Origin: Pecten maximus
Taxonomy: Eukaryota
NCBI RefSeq assembly: GCF_902652985.1
Contig: NC_047023.1
Span: forward strand, 23,994,001-24,058,000
DNA: 64,000 nt
Direction of reading: 5' to 3'
Shown here piece by piece: positions 26,791 to 41,084 of the stretch. Under the pieces are notes generated by a model. It did no database searches and was not told the DNA's origin. It worked only from the letters and a program-made list of their open reading frames with translations. The number at the start of each line of letters is the position of its first letter. Positions within the stretch are counted from its first letter, which is position 1. The position numbers and the translations under genes are program-made.

Positions 26791-29725
26791 TACTCAAGTA
26801 CTCAAGTTATAATCGGGCTCGATATTCCTCTGCTAATTATGTCAATATCTCGTTGATAAAGAGTTGGATAGTTTACAGATGGAAATATTTGTGTAACCTA
26901 CTCACTGTATACCAGTAGCTTATTTCAATTGTGTTGTAGGATACATATGAGAATCACTGAGGTTAATCCTATAGACTACACACATATCGGTCTAAATATT
27001 CGTAAACCCAGAGTTTGACCTACATTGGGTATTCTCATCACGTTTTATCCAAATAATTGAATATTTATTTAACCTTAAAAGAAATTTCAATTTGCTCCTT
27101 GCACTGAAAGCTCACTGTACTTATGTATTTGGAACTTTAATGCCTGGATGAATAAGGTAAGGTTGGAGTGGATTATAATTATGCACATTCAATCAATAAG
27201 ATAAAATATAAAATGTGTTTCAAGACTCCAACAATTAATCTTCAGTACGAGTTGAATTAATTACGATCAGAATATGTGTTTATGTAGGGAAGCTATTTAA
27301 TGTTTTTGTGGCGGTTTTTCGTTAACCCCCACATCATTTTCTATGATCTGTATTAATGGCTACATCCTTCATGTACATCATTGTCTAAGCAATTTTATCC
27401 TATATTTCTAATTCGGAAAATTGCCTCAAATTTCATAAATAGATATTTTATGAGGGTTGCCTTTTTCACTCTTGTGAAGTGTTGTGTGGTTTCTTGTTAT
27501 AATGAATAGATGTACAGATACAAATATTTATGTTTGTGTGTGTAGCAGTAGACGCCATGACAACTGTGACAGAGCCGGAGTTTCAGAAATGATCCATGTA
27601 AATTAACGAGGATAATTCGTCAAATAATGATGAATACTTATTAACTTTAAATCTACATGTACCTTTACACCAATTATTAATTTGGTAGATTTAATGTGGC
27701 GTTATATGATGATGTTGTGACAAGGTCAGTTACCGTATCCTACTACGTGTATTGGAAGAAAGGCAGAATTGAAGGCTAAAACACAAAACGAGAATGCACA
27801 CAGGGAGTGTTAGCTGTTAAGTGTGAAGTGATGTATTGTTAAAGATGGGAGTGTTTAAAATATCAAATCAGTTTGAAGTGATCATTATGTCACCTATATT
27901 GCTAATAACATCTAGGTCCTTCAGTACGAGACAAATTCTAGCACAATATACATAATTACAAGCCGATTGTATTACACATACACTGATTAGATCGAGTATT
28001 CCATGACAGCATAACCTTGATATTTCATCTTAACGAAAAAATATGTATAGGACGACAATAATACAATAAGACATTAAATCAGGGGTATTGTATACAGAGC
28101 CATAGATATTTTAAGACCAATTGTATCGAAAACAGATTAAAAGCCAGTCTATGTTTTTGTTTGTAAATATAAAACTTTATCATGTTAAACTTCATATTCA
28201 CTTATGGCTTGATCTTCATTTAATTTTCGTCAAATCTTCTCAGTTACGTCAACGATTAATAAGGAAAGTATGTTATAAACATCTAAAAATAGAACGTAAA
28301 CCAACCCTACGGGCACCACGTTCATGCCGGATGATAAACAGAAAATCATGTGTTTGTATATGAAATGCCAAAAAGATCAACTACCAATTCATGGTGGCTT
28401 TTCAGGTTCATTTTTTTTAAGAGACTCGTGTTGACTCTGAACGTTGAAGATAATGTCGTGATTTTTACCCAACCTTTTCTTTGCCTTCGCGGCAGCAACC
28501 GGTTCGTCTGATCGACTTTGGTAATCTGATCGCCAGGGTATTTTTTATGTTTCAACAATACTTTTTGATTTTTCATAATTTCTATGTTACGAAAACATAG
28601 AGAGGCGTTAAAAACAAAACAAAAAAAATATATAGAATAGCAGGAGGATTTATTTTATTGATAGACAGTCAATCAAATCAATCATAGCGCAGATTAAGTT
28701 ATTTAAAAACAAAAAAAAACAAAAAAAAACACAAGTCAGCATGTTATATCGGCTTGGTTTGCAGGGCGACAGCAAACCTCGTTGAATTAACACCTATAAA
28801 TGGTCGACAATAACAAGCACTAGACAACCCCAGATATAACGATTTGCGCCTTTTCGTTTTAATATGACTCCAAAGACGTTTGTTAAAACAGCACAGTGAA
28901 CATAAGAAGAGCCGAGGAGCGGTATTGCTGTTTTGAGATGATACCGTTTTATGACTGTAAATACAGTTACCTACCAGTGAGTTTGTCTTCCCCTGGACAG
29001 AGCCCGTATCAATGACAGCGTTGACACATGTCGTTATATGTGATGTAATGGCTACCCTCTAGTTGGTAAAACTCCTTAAGTAGTCTTTACTGCTTATCTC
29101 TTGGGAGCAGTCTGCTGTTAGTAGCGTTTACGATTATCATACATCCAAACGTTTGGAACCATTTAGAGCCTAAAATGTGAGAATGCGTGGAGAGATGGTG
29201 TATTCAGTATTTAGTTGTACAACTGATGGTCATTTCGAAGGAGTGGAAGGTTCTGTAATACCGAATTGGTGGCATGGATCTTTAATTCTGCAATATTGCT
29301 TTCAACAAATGACGCCATATTGTCAATACAATCCCTTAAGTTACCTTCTGTGCTGCATTTGCTGATTTGTCGTTACTAAACTAATTGTAGCTATGAGACT
29401 GTATGCTACAATTTGCAACGGTTCAGTCAGCGTAGGAATACAGCTTATGGTGTTCTAGGCAAAACCCTTTTAAAATGGCTGCCAGTTTCTTTCGATATAA
29501 ACAGACCTAGACAGCTTTCTAATGTCTAAGCCTTTAATATTAGCGAAAAAAATAATAATACAGCACCTTCACACGCCATGAGGTAAATATTTATTATAAG
29601 AAAATTAATTAATTGATGAAGGCGTCACAAAGTCATATGCGCTATTTTAAATACGGGATGATAACGTCCTAACACTCACAGGGGCTCCTGTTTCAGAAGA
29701 CTAGTTAAGGAATTTTACCAAATAT

Positions 29726-30885
29726 TTATCTCGGGGTTACGGTGAAGTATATACCATCTATCTCGGGGTTACGGTGAAGTATATACCATCTATATCGGGG
29801 TTACGGTGAAGTATATACCATCTATCTCGAGGTTACGGTGAAGTATAAACCATCTATCTCGGGGTTACGGTGAAGTATATACCATCTATCTCGAGGGTTA
29901 TGGTGGAGTATAAACCATCTATCTCGAGGGTTACGGTGAAGTATATACCATCTATCTCGGGGTTACGGTGAAGTATATACCATCTATCTCGGGGTTACGG
30001 TGAAGTATATACCATCTATCTCAAGGGTTACGGTGAAGTATAAACCATCTATCTCGAGGGTTACGGTGGAGTATATACCATCTATCTCGAGGGTTACGGT
30101 GAAGTATATACCATCTATCTCGGGGTTACGGTGAAGTATAAACCATCTATCTCGAGGGTTACGGTGAAGTATATACCATCTATCTCGGGGTTACGGTGAA
30201 GTATATACCATCTATCTCGAGGGTTACGGTGAAGTATATACCATCTATCTCGGGGTTACGGTGAAGTATATACCATCCATCTCGGGGTTACGGTGAAGTA
30301 TAAACCATCTATCTCGGGGTTACGGTGAAGTATATACCATCTATCTCGGGGTTACGGTGAAGTATAAACCTTCTATCTCGGGGTTACGGTGAAGTATATA
30401 CCATTTATCTCGGGGTTACGGTGAAGTATATACCATCTATCTCAAGGGTTACGGTGATACCATCTATCTCAAGGGTTACGGTGAAGTATAAACCATCTAT
30501 CTCGAGGGTTACGGTGAAGTATATACCATCTATCTCGGGGTTACGGTGAAGTATATACCATATATCTCGAGGGTTACGGTGAAGTATATACCATCTATCT
30601 CGGGGTTACGGTGAAGTATAAACCATCTATCTCGGGGTTACGGTGAAGTATAAACCATCTATCTCGAGGGTTACGGTGATACCATCTATCTCAAGGGTTA
30701 CGGCGAAGTATATACCATCTATCTCGGGGTTACGGTGAAGTATATACCATCTATCTCGAGGGTTACGGTGAAGTATATACCATCTATCTCGGGGTTACGG
30801 TGAAGTATATACCATCTATCTCGAGGGTTATGGTAAAGTATATGCCATATATCTCGAGGGCTACGGTGAAGTATATAATATCTAT
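29726..30885. repeat. 32/33-bp minisatellite (TATCTCGGGGTTACGGTGAAGTATATACCATC)n, ~36 copies
   Basis: Visible tandem units, with CTCGGGG and CTCGAGGG length variants. Confidence 0.97.
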
Positions 30886-33800
30886 CTTGCTGTGATAGTA
30901 TTTTACAAGACATTTCCTTTTTAAGTTATGTTTATAAGAAAGTAAATACTCGTATCATCATAATGACTTCGTATTTGTTACCATGGTGACAGTTACACCT
31001 TTGAAAGTGGCTGTTTCATTAACCCTGTTACATCATTAATACTGAACAACTCATTTTCAAATTAAATTCAAACCTATGTAAGACAGCAAGAACTGTATAA
31101 AATGTTAATGTAACCGTCGAACCTTATTGGAATTAAGAATTTGTAGTCATTATCGATGAAAGTTTTCCAAAAGGTAAAGGAGTAAAATTGGTATATAAAT
31201 AAATAAAAAAAAAATTTCGTTTTTTTTCTTCTTCAACGATTTGGGCCTACTAAAGCGAATATGTGTTGAACGTGCATGTCGAGATTGAAAATTCAATAAA
31301 ACATAACTAGCACCAATTTTTCAGGGCAATACAATGTTTAATCAAGATAACACACATAAACAGCATTTGAACAACATCAACACTAAAGAGAATATTATAT
31401 AATAATAACAGTTAAAATCGATCTCCAACATCCAACCCTGATGCTTGGAGATTAAAATTTTAAAGTTATTGTATTAAGTCTGATAAGTGCAGCGACACTT
31501 TTTGCGGTAATATGAAGAGTTGTGGTTTTGCGGCTGGCTGGTTAGAATGCTAACTCGATTGTCTGGCCGAATAAATACGATATGACATTTTAAAGTATCG
31601 GCTGATCTATTGATGGATCAGGTTATTCTCATATAGTAAAAGTAGGATCGTTCACATTGCTCATTTCGGTCGCTTGTTTATGAATCATAGCGTCTGAGTT
31701 GACTTAGGGTTCCGATAGTGGTGGGAGATATACAAATCTATATATTATAAACACCAACTATAAAACGTGCATCACCATTTATATGTCAAATGATCGGCTT
31801 TTTAAGGTTTTTGGTCATCTTTTACTTTTGTATTGAATGTATCTATTGATAAGAAAAATGTTAATGATTTTTTATAATTGAATATCTCATTTTTTAGTTG
31901 TATTATACACATATTGGAAAAATTGATAGCATGCTAATTTGGTTAAAGATTGTAGAACAATGCCAAATCAACTAGATCAATTACTGTTCTAAAATTATAC
32001 AACATTATGTCTAAGCCTTCAATTTGTTCATTTCTTTGGCATCCAAGGCAACTAGGTTTATTTAGCAATTTCTCCATGAAAGCGCCAGAAAAAGAACGTT
32101 AACTAATAGTTCTGTAGAGTATAATTCAGATCTTCCACGCAGATAACATCTATAACAAACACAGAGAATCTGTTAACAAGAATTATTCTACCATTGTTCG
32201 AGTGTATCAGATGAATGACACTATTTATTAATATCTGTTCTGTTTCAGGATGTTCCGCTGTATCTATATTTAGTACAAGGACTCGACATTTAAGTGTATC
32301 ATGATAGGAAGTCCAAATATAGATACTTATATACAATATATCGTAGCTGGTCTGTACATTTAAATACCTGTACAATTACTATTGTATAGGCAAGTTACGT
32401 GACAAATAGGTATACCATGACATCCTAGGACGGCAAGTTTCTGATGCACGGTTTCAGACGGATTGCGTGGATCTAAGTATGGCCAGACAACCTGCTAAAA
32501 CAAATGACAAATAGTATCCGGTATGACATCCATTGTATGACTTTAAATAATACAACAATAGGTGTACAATGGTACATAACTTCAAAGAAGACCACTTTGT
32601 TGAATATGAGTTGCACGTTATGCCAACGTGTAAACGGAGTTGAAGGACTAATAAATAAATACTGATAAAATAATAATGATTTGATATGAATACATTTAAA
32701 CAGATAACTTTCCAAAAATATTCAGGCATTGCGACGTTTTGAAAATGAGAACCAGGGAAATGGCAGCGTAATTGACAAAAACATGTATTTTAATAAACAT
32801 CACGTTAAGTATACGATGTTACACATTGCGTAAGGGAATAGACAATTGTGCTATGAGATCATGATGGCGGTAATATTTAACCTGCCTTTCTCGAATTTCT
32901 CTGTTGCTTCACAGACGTCTACTATTTATAGTAAGAGTTGTATCACGATGAACAATACATTGGAACCAAGCCCTGACTATCGACTTTGAAACATGACTAC
33001 CTAAGGATGGGAAGCAATTTACATTTTTATAGAAAAGCAACAATTAGGAAAATGAAATTACCTGATATTGCAGGGTTTGTATGTCCTTGGATACTTTATG
33101 AAGGGGGTTAACAGCTGAACAAGAGAGATGTCCCTAATTCCAAGTTCTTGATGCTAGACCTATGTTTTTTTTGGCATCGGCATGAAGTTCATATTTTATT
33201 GAACATATCAAAATATCTAAAAGTGAAGTTAATTAAAGATTTGAATTGCTTTATTTCCTATTAAAAGCTAGAGTCATTTAGGACAGTCAATATTGAAGGA
33301 ATTGACAGGATTGTTGTTTTGATATAACTTTCTCTTGATTCTTCACACAACAATACTGCCGTATGACTTACCAATAACATCTGTGATCGAACAGGTGCTG
33401 TATTCATGGCATACAGTAACGACAAAATGTATGTATAGGGAATGTTACTTCCGCAGCGCTCTCAGAAAGGATATTACAAGTCGGCGAATGATGTATCGCC
33501 AACATTACAGAGATAGTATGTCATCTTGTTGGACGCTAGCATCCGGACCAGACGCCTGGACCAAACATTTGCATTACATTTGGACAGTGAATGGTCGGGT
33601 GGGCTCGTGAGGGGATGACAATGTCTCCGCACGACATTTCGTTAATACTACCTCGGAGTAGCCATTATCTACGTCAAATAGACAGTCGACGCCATATTTG
33701 GTCTATTCGCAAGTAAATATTATTTGAACCCGGGAAATAAATCTGCTGGGTCCTTGGTTATCGTTCGACATAGGTTTCGAAATCCCTGCTTATTTTCGTG

Positions 33801-34407
33801 GTTATGAATCTTTATAAGGATTGTTTTTTCACAAGAAGCGCATCTTTATTATCTCTGATGTCATGGATACTGTCACATCGTCCCTACGTCAACAATAAAT
33901 TCACAATACACGTCATGCCTCCATGGAAACAGCAGTGTTATGTGGGAATTACTAGCTTTAGAAGGAAACAACTGTATTATGTGTGCGAATCACTAACTAT
34001 ATAAGGAGTGGTTGGTAATGTAACTTAATGCTACGTCATAAACACGATATAAAGATTGATATTCACAGTACGAAATATGCAATTTTATGAGATGGCCGCA
34101 ATTAGCATATTTCGTATGTTAAAGTTACGCGCCTTGACTTATTTCTAAACATTGTTTGGGATCATTTAAGGGTTTTCATCGTCATTTTGTTTTTGAAAAA
34201 GTAACAAATCCTGATTTTGAATTGTTTTTTTTCTGCCGGTGTCACAGCACCATTCGGCTGACCTAGTCTCCGTCCCGATATGTTGGTCTATGAGTTCTGA
34301 CAAAGCAATGCATTCTTGTTCATTTAATGGGAACACAATGTTCCTTTAAATACTATATCAAGCTTATTTTTTTGCATCGATTACCTTGATTTTAACACCA
34401 GTTAACA

Positions 34408-36592
34408 AGTAAATACCGGTAACCATTGTTCTGTGGACTTATGAAATAAACACCGGTAACCATTGTTCTGTAGACATAGGCAATAAACACCGGTAACCAT
34501 TGTTCTGTAGACATAGGCAATAAACACCGGTAACCATTGTTCTGTAGAAATAGAAATAAACACCGGTAACGATTGTTCTCCAGACAAAGAAAATAAACAC
34601 CGGTAACCATTTTTCTGTGGACATATGAAATAAACACCGGTAACCATTGTTCTGTGGACATATGAAATAAACACCGGTAACCATTGTTCTGCTTTAATAG
34701 GAAATAAACACCGGTAACCATTGTTCTGTAGAAATACAAATAAACACCGGTAACCATTGTTCTCCAGACAAAGAAAATAAACATCGGTAACGATTGTTCT
34801 GCAGACATAGGAAATAAACACTGGTAACCATTGTTCTGTAGAAATAGAAATAAACACCGGTAACCATTGTTCTCCAAACATAGGAAATAAACACTGGTAA
34901 CCATTGTTCTGTAGAGATAGAAATAAACACCGGTAACCATTGTTCTCCAGACATAGGAAATAAACACCGGTAACCATTGTTCTGTAGACATAGAAATAAA
35001 CACCGGTAACCATTGTTCTGCAGACATAGGCAATAAACACCGGTAACCATTGTTCTGTAGAAATAGAAATAAACACCGGTAACCATTGTTCTGTAGAAAT
35101 AGAAATAAACACCGGTAACCATTGTTCTCCAGACAAAGAAAATAAACATCGGTAACCATTGTTCTGCAGACATAGGAAATAAACACTGGTAACCATTGTT
35201 CTGTAGAAATAGAAATAAACACCGGTAACCATTGTTCTCCAGACATAGGAAATAAACACCGGTAACCATTGTTCTGTAGACATAGAAATAAACACCGGTA
35301 ACCATTGTTCTGCAGACATAGGCAATAAACACCGGTAACCATTGTTCTGTAGAAATAGAAATAAACACCGGTAACCATTGTTCTGTAGAAATAGAAATAA
35401 ACACCGGTAACCATTGTTCTCCAGACAAAGAAAATAAACATCGGTAACCATTGTTCTGCAGACATAGGATATAAACACTGGTAACCATTGTTCTGTAGAA
35501 ATAGAAATAAACACCGGTAACCATTGTTCTCCAGACATAGGAAATAAACACTGGTAACCATTGTTCTGTAGACATAGAAATAAACACCGGTAACCATTGT
35601 TCTGTAGACATAGGAAATAAACACCGGTAACCATTGTTCTGTAGACATAGAAATAAACACCGGTAACCATTGTTCTGCAGACATAGGACATAAACACCGG
35701 TAGCCATTGTTCTGTAGAAATAGAAATAAACACCGGTAACCATTGTTCTCCAGAAATAGGAAATAAACACCGGTAACCATTGTTCTGTAGAAATAGAAAT
35801 AAACACCGGTAACGATTGTTCTGCAGACATAGGAAATAAACACCGGTAACCATTGTTCTGTGGACATATGAAATAAACACCGGTAACCTTTGTTCTCCAG
35901 ACATAGGAAATAAACACCGGTAACCATTGTTCTCCAGACATAGGAAATAAACACCGGTAACGATTGTTCTGTGGACATATGAAATAAACACCGGTAACCA
36001 TTGTTCTGTGGACATATGAAATAAACACCGGTAACTACTTTGTTCTCCAGACATAGGAAATAAACACCGGTAACCATTGTTCTCCAGACATAGGAAATAA
36101 ACACCGGTAACCATTGTTCTGTGGACATAGAAAATAAACACCGGTAACGATTGTTCTGCAGACATAGGAAATAAACACCGGTAACCATTGTTCTACAGAC
36201 ATAGGAAATAAACACCGGTAACCATTGTTCTGTGGACATAGAAAATAAACACCGGTAACGATTGTTCTGCAGACATAGGAAATAAACACTGGTAACCATT
36301 GTTCTCCAGACATAGGAAATAAACACCGGTAACGATTGTTCTGCAGACATAGGAAATAAACACCGGTAACCATTGTTCTGTGGACATTTGAAATAAACAC
36401 CGGTAACCATTGTTCTGTGGACATAGAAAATAAACACCGGTAACGATTGTTCTGCAGACATAGGAAATAAACACTGGTAACCATTGTTCTGTGGACATAG
36501 AAAATAAACACTGGTAACCTTTGTTCTCCAGACATAGGAAATAAACACCGGTAACGATTGTTATGTAGAAAAAGAAACAAACACCGGTAATT
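34408..36592. repeat. 36/37-bp minisatellite (AAATAAACACCGGTAACCATTGTTCTGTAGACATAGG)n, ~59 copies
   Basis: Visible tandem units. The 444-718 aa minus-strand ORFs are its three frames. Confidence 0.97.
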
Positions 36593-37325
36593 AAACCTCA
36601 TGCTTGTCCCGACTTTTGTTCGTATTCTGCGGTTTGTTATTAAATGTTTTGATGTCTCTGATTGATTAGTTTCTAATGAAGCATTACTACATGTATTACT
36701 GGGTTCTCAGAAACCATCAATATGCCGTTAAGACGACTTTTGTAAGCAAATACGTTTATATTGACGTAGGACTCGGTATTTTGAGGAGAGTTAAAGCATT
36801 GTGTTAAATACATGTTCACAAAGTCAAGTTTTAGAATCGATTTTGTAATCCGGTGCACAATGAGATGGCAATCCTCTGTTGGAGTGTCTCATCCCTAGAT
36901 TGTCTGAGTAAAGACGGAATCACATTTAATCATCTGTTCGACTTGGTTCATTTTGTTTGCTACGTGTACTTTTACACCGGGACTACAAGACTGTTAATTA
37001 GATTTTAAAGGACAAGGGAGAGACAATGACGGATGGCCATACACATCAGGTATCACAGATTAACCAAACAACAACGTTTAATTACCTTGAAAATTATCAA
37101 TAAGATAACCATACCTCCAAAACATTAAACATACTGAATCAGTTTTCGTGAGCAAATATTACATGTATCGGAACATGAAAAACATCATAATTTTTTTTTC
37201 TATTTAATTGATAATTTATGTTCTGTGTGTCATTACGCATTGTAGATTATGAATTCTGCGTGTAATACGTGACACAGTGGATCATCTCTTAACATGGAGT
37301 GCTTCCGCATACCTTTGCGATACAT

Positions 37326-37486
37326 GTTTGTTTGTTAGTTGGGTTTATTGTCCCCTGAACAGACAGGATCATTATGAGGCGGGGTATATTTGTAGTAGTT
37401 GGTGACTACCTCACTTAACAATATACGGGCATGCCATCCAAAGCAACAAGGGCTAATAAGTGTCTTGCTCAAGGACACAACGCGAC
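37326..37486 (-). mobile_element. 5'-truncated CORE-like SINE
   Basis: Minus strand reads GTTGTGTCCTTGAGCAAGACACTT (CORE-like), then the segment shared with 18129-18165, then the tail ATAATGATCCTGTCTGTTCAGGGGACAATAAACCC and (AAAC)n. Confidence 0.75.
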
Positions 37487-37569
37487 AAAATTGTAAACCG
37501 ATCCTTTTCACTAATATACCGATATTGTCCCATATTGCTTCAAACCTGGGAATAAAATAAATACTATGG

Positions 37570-37880
37570 TGACGTCATCATAAATATATATTAGGTCGTG
37601 ATTAATATGTGACATCGCATGATTGGCTGTGTAGACGGAAACGTCCCATCCGAGCCGGATTGTGTCTGTCTGGTATAGAAACGAAAACTGAAAGATTTTA
37701 ATTATATTCTCATAAATAGTAGTTATGTGATAAATAAAATCTTACACTCGCGACTATGTCTTATGACATTTATTAAACTCGTTCAATAACTTAATATGTC
37801 ATTCGCTTGAAGTTATATCAAATAATTGAACTTGTTTAATAAATCCCATATGAAATAGCAATTCATGTAAGATCCTTTAC
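37570..37880 (+). mobile_element. Degenerate non-autonomous element with a long imperfect terminal palindrome
   Basis: Homologous to 15878-16085. Inverted arms ATCTTACA...ATTTATTAAACTCGTTCAAT and ATTGAACTTGTTTAATAAAT...TGTAAGAT (~37739-37873). Confidence 0.6.
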
Positions 37881-39439
37881 GTTCAGCATACTCTTATATG
37901 CATGCTGTATTCTTCGAAATATCCTTGTTTCGGTTTTTGGTTTTTAAGGTGGTTGCCTACACCTACATACCATCAAATTTTGCTGTCGATAGAAATTTTC
38001 ATTTTATGTGTTTTTATTTTCCATGGCAAGATTCAAAATCAGAAAATCAACAAAACAAAACAAAAATATTCTAAAATAATAGTCCGAGATCGTTTTAGGA
38101 GGCATAATTTTCAAATCTACACTCAATTTTAAAAGTTAGGTTAAAAAAAAAGAATGTGGAATACATGTAACACTTGAGCCGTTATCTGGTATTTTTCTGA
38201 CTTGGGAGTGTTGTTAGTGGCAAAAGTGTGATTGTTTATGTTTTAAGACTAATCTAAATAGCCAATCCATAGATATAAGAGATACCAGTGATATTTTACA
38301 AGGCTATAAATCCCTATTCTGGTGCAATTTAATAGAAATACAACATGAACAGCTGCTAGTATGAATCGTGACTAGACACTGGACGTGTTGTTGTCATGTC
38401 TCATTTGTTAAGTTATTTGTGAATTTCGACAAAAGTAGTGAAAAATGCATGTTTTCATGGGAACAGAATTACCTCATTTGTATCACATATATTGAACAAA
38501 ATAACCATGCCGTTATGCTCTCAAGGGTCTATAGCCCACAATAGGAGCATTGGTTTGACCTGATTTGATTTGATATATGTATAAATACTCATTATTTTTC
38601 TATATCTTTATTTTTTACCCCCTTTTAATGCCATATTAGTGTAATTTTATTCACACTCGCCAATCACATTGCAGGGTCAAACCAAAATAAGTGTTTATAC
38701 AAATGTACGTCAAAGTCAAATCCGGTCCAACAAATGTCACTTTTTGTGCTAGAGACACGTGTGAGCATAACAGCATGATTATTTGTCAGGTTTGATTATT
38801 TATGTGACTTGTAATTATTCCATGCATCATCTTACCACAAAGTAACTTCACAGAAGAGACTGTCAGCATCTACATCAGCTTTAATATGAATGAGTTTGAG
38901 AAACTAGTGTCCAGACCAACATTTTGCAAAGTTGGAAGCATTTTTACACTTTTAAGATTCAGCATCATTCTCCTGTACAGATGACATTTAATGATTCATT
39001 GAAATGTGAGTAAGTGTATACTTCCCTAATAGTTTTCCTTATTGAACATTCAAAATCTCATGTTTTGAGTCTTCAGTATATTATTAAGTCTAAATGAACC
39101 TGTACTGAATGTAAAATCATTTCACTAGTAATCTACGATAACCACTTATTATCTATCACACTGTCATACGATTTGGAAACGAATCGGGACAATCGTGGCA
39201 AAATGTTTGCCAGTCAGAAATATTATCACGATCGATCAACACGATTCCACCACGCCACGCTCAACACGTCTATCTCAAATCATGGAGATCTTCGAAACGG
39301 GGCAAAGTAAAAAAAAAAAAAAAAAAACCAAGCATAAACAAAGTGTTAAAACAGTTCATACATATTGTTTATATCCAGTGTAGCCAGTGATGTCGTTCAG
39401 GGTTGAACAACAGCTGTATCGATGTAATACAATGAATAT

Positions 39440-39985
39440 GTGATATATGTGGCGGAGTGATATTGTTGAGTGGTGCCATATGTGGCGGAGTGATATTGTT
39501 TAGCGTTGATATATGTGGCGGAGTGATATTGTTGAGCGGTTATCAAGGTTTTCACAACGTATACGGTTGCGATGTGGTTTCGTTGACGGGTGATCAGGGA
39601 CCGTGCCGATGTTGTTTTTAGGCGGAGTGATATCGTTGAGCGGTGAAATATGTGGCAGAACTACGCGTCGTTTAGGTGTGACCATTGGCTGTGCCATGGA
39701 ACTATTTCGTTAAGGGTGATAGGGGCCGTGCCACGGAACTATATCGTTAATGGGTGATGGGGGCCGTGCCACGGAACTAGATATGAATATCGTTTAGGGG
39801 TGATTTGAGGCCATGCCGCGGAACTATATCATTTAGGGGTGATCAAGTGCCGTTCATCGAACTAAATCGTTTAGGGGTGATTAGGGGCCGTGCCGGTATA
39901 CGTTTAAGGTGGATTGGTATCGTTGAGTGGCGATATGTGTGACGGAACTATATCGTTTAGGGGTGATCAGGGGCCGTGTTGGTAT
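39440..39985. repeat. Degenerate composite tandem repeat: ~31-bp units (ATATGTGGCGGAGTGATATTGTTGAG...) and ~38-bp units (GGAACTATATCGTTTAGGGGTGATCAGGGGCCGTGCC)
   Basis: Three to four copies of the first unit and about seven of the second, interleaved. Confidence 0.8.
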
Positions 39986-40614
39986 GATTTACAGCCATGC
40001 TTAACACTAACGGCCAAGATTCCGTTCGCGATAGTCGAAAGTAGGCAAAAAAGATAAACTAAATTTGCATGAACGTACAAAACTCGCATTCAAATGTCTC
40101 CCTCAGTTGACGTTATCGGTCTCGAACAGTCATCAATAACCGATGTTTAATGTACATTTAAATGTGGTTGAGTATCTTGAATCATCATCCCGGATTTTAA
40201 TTGTCAATTTCCGTGATAGGAGTAACTTCGGCGTGATGTGTGTCGGTATGTCGTGGCAGAATTGTAAGTGCTGGAGTAGAAACCGGGCGTCCGTATCCGG
40301 AGATACGCCGTGCCTAACAAGTTAAGCCTACAGCGGTTCCAACCCGAATTAAGACATGTTAGTTCTGTATCGGTTTCATACAAGGCTTGGTTAATCAGTA
40401 GAAGTAAGCGAATTGATCACTTGGTTGTTGGGTTGGGACACATATAAAACTGACGCATAAAGACCCACACTCCCTCATTAAAAGACATAAAATTAGCATA
40501 AAATGCTTCTTAATATTGAAACAATGGCCAAGACACATGAAATATACTCATTCCTAGTTCTCTCTCACTTTCTTAATCTTACAAGCAGATTTTTTCTCTG
40601 GTGGAACATGCGAC

Positions 40615-40696
40615 ATATTCCTTCACGTGAAATTCACATGAAATCCACATGAATTTCACATAAAAAAAATCACTCGAATTTCACGTGAAGGAATAT
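40615..40696. repeat. Short foldback: perfect 21-bp inverted repeat enclosing TTCACATGAA-type subrepeats (MITE remnant)
   Basis: ATATTCCTTCACGTGAAATTC (40615-40635) and GAATTTCACGTGAAGGAATAT (40676-40696). Confidence 0.8.
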
Positions 40697-41084
40697 TGCC
40701 TGTGTATTGAAGCGCTAAATAGGAAAAGGTTTATTCCTCCAAATAGTTATAACGTCTATAGATTCCTCTGGGTCACTGTCAATCCTTTTACTCATGGCCT
40801 TAATACTAGAAAGATTTGATTTTAATGTATGATGTTTCTCTGTATCAATACTATTCATTCGTTTATCATTTTCAAGAAAAAGTGAAATTATGAATATATA
40901 ACTAAGTAAATAAATCAATAAAAAATAACTAATAATGAAACAATGAAGACCACATTATTGAAATACGCCAAATAAAAAAATATCAGTATTTTAAGACATC
41001 TACAACAATTCAATGGAGAACATAACATACATGTACATAGAATATGACTGAGGTAGCTTAAAACAAAATCCCGGTGTGGTGATT

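Noticed and set aside
34408-36592. CRISPR-like appearance (constant core plus variable segment); also considered for 1036-2176
   Set aside because: The variable parts are ~10 nt, related to each other and recurrent, not unique spacers. No cas genes are present and the context is eukaryotic.
34392-36601. Minus-strand ORFs up to 718 aa
   Set aside because: Translations of a 36/37-bp array with mixed unit lengths and no frame preservation.
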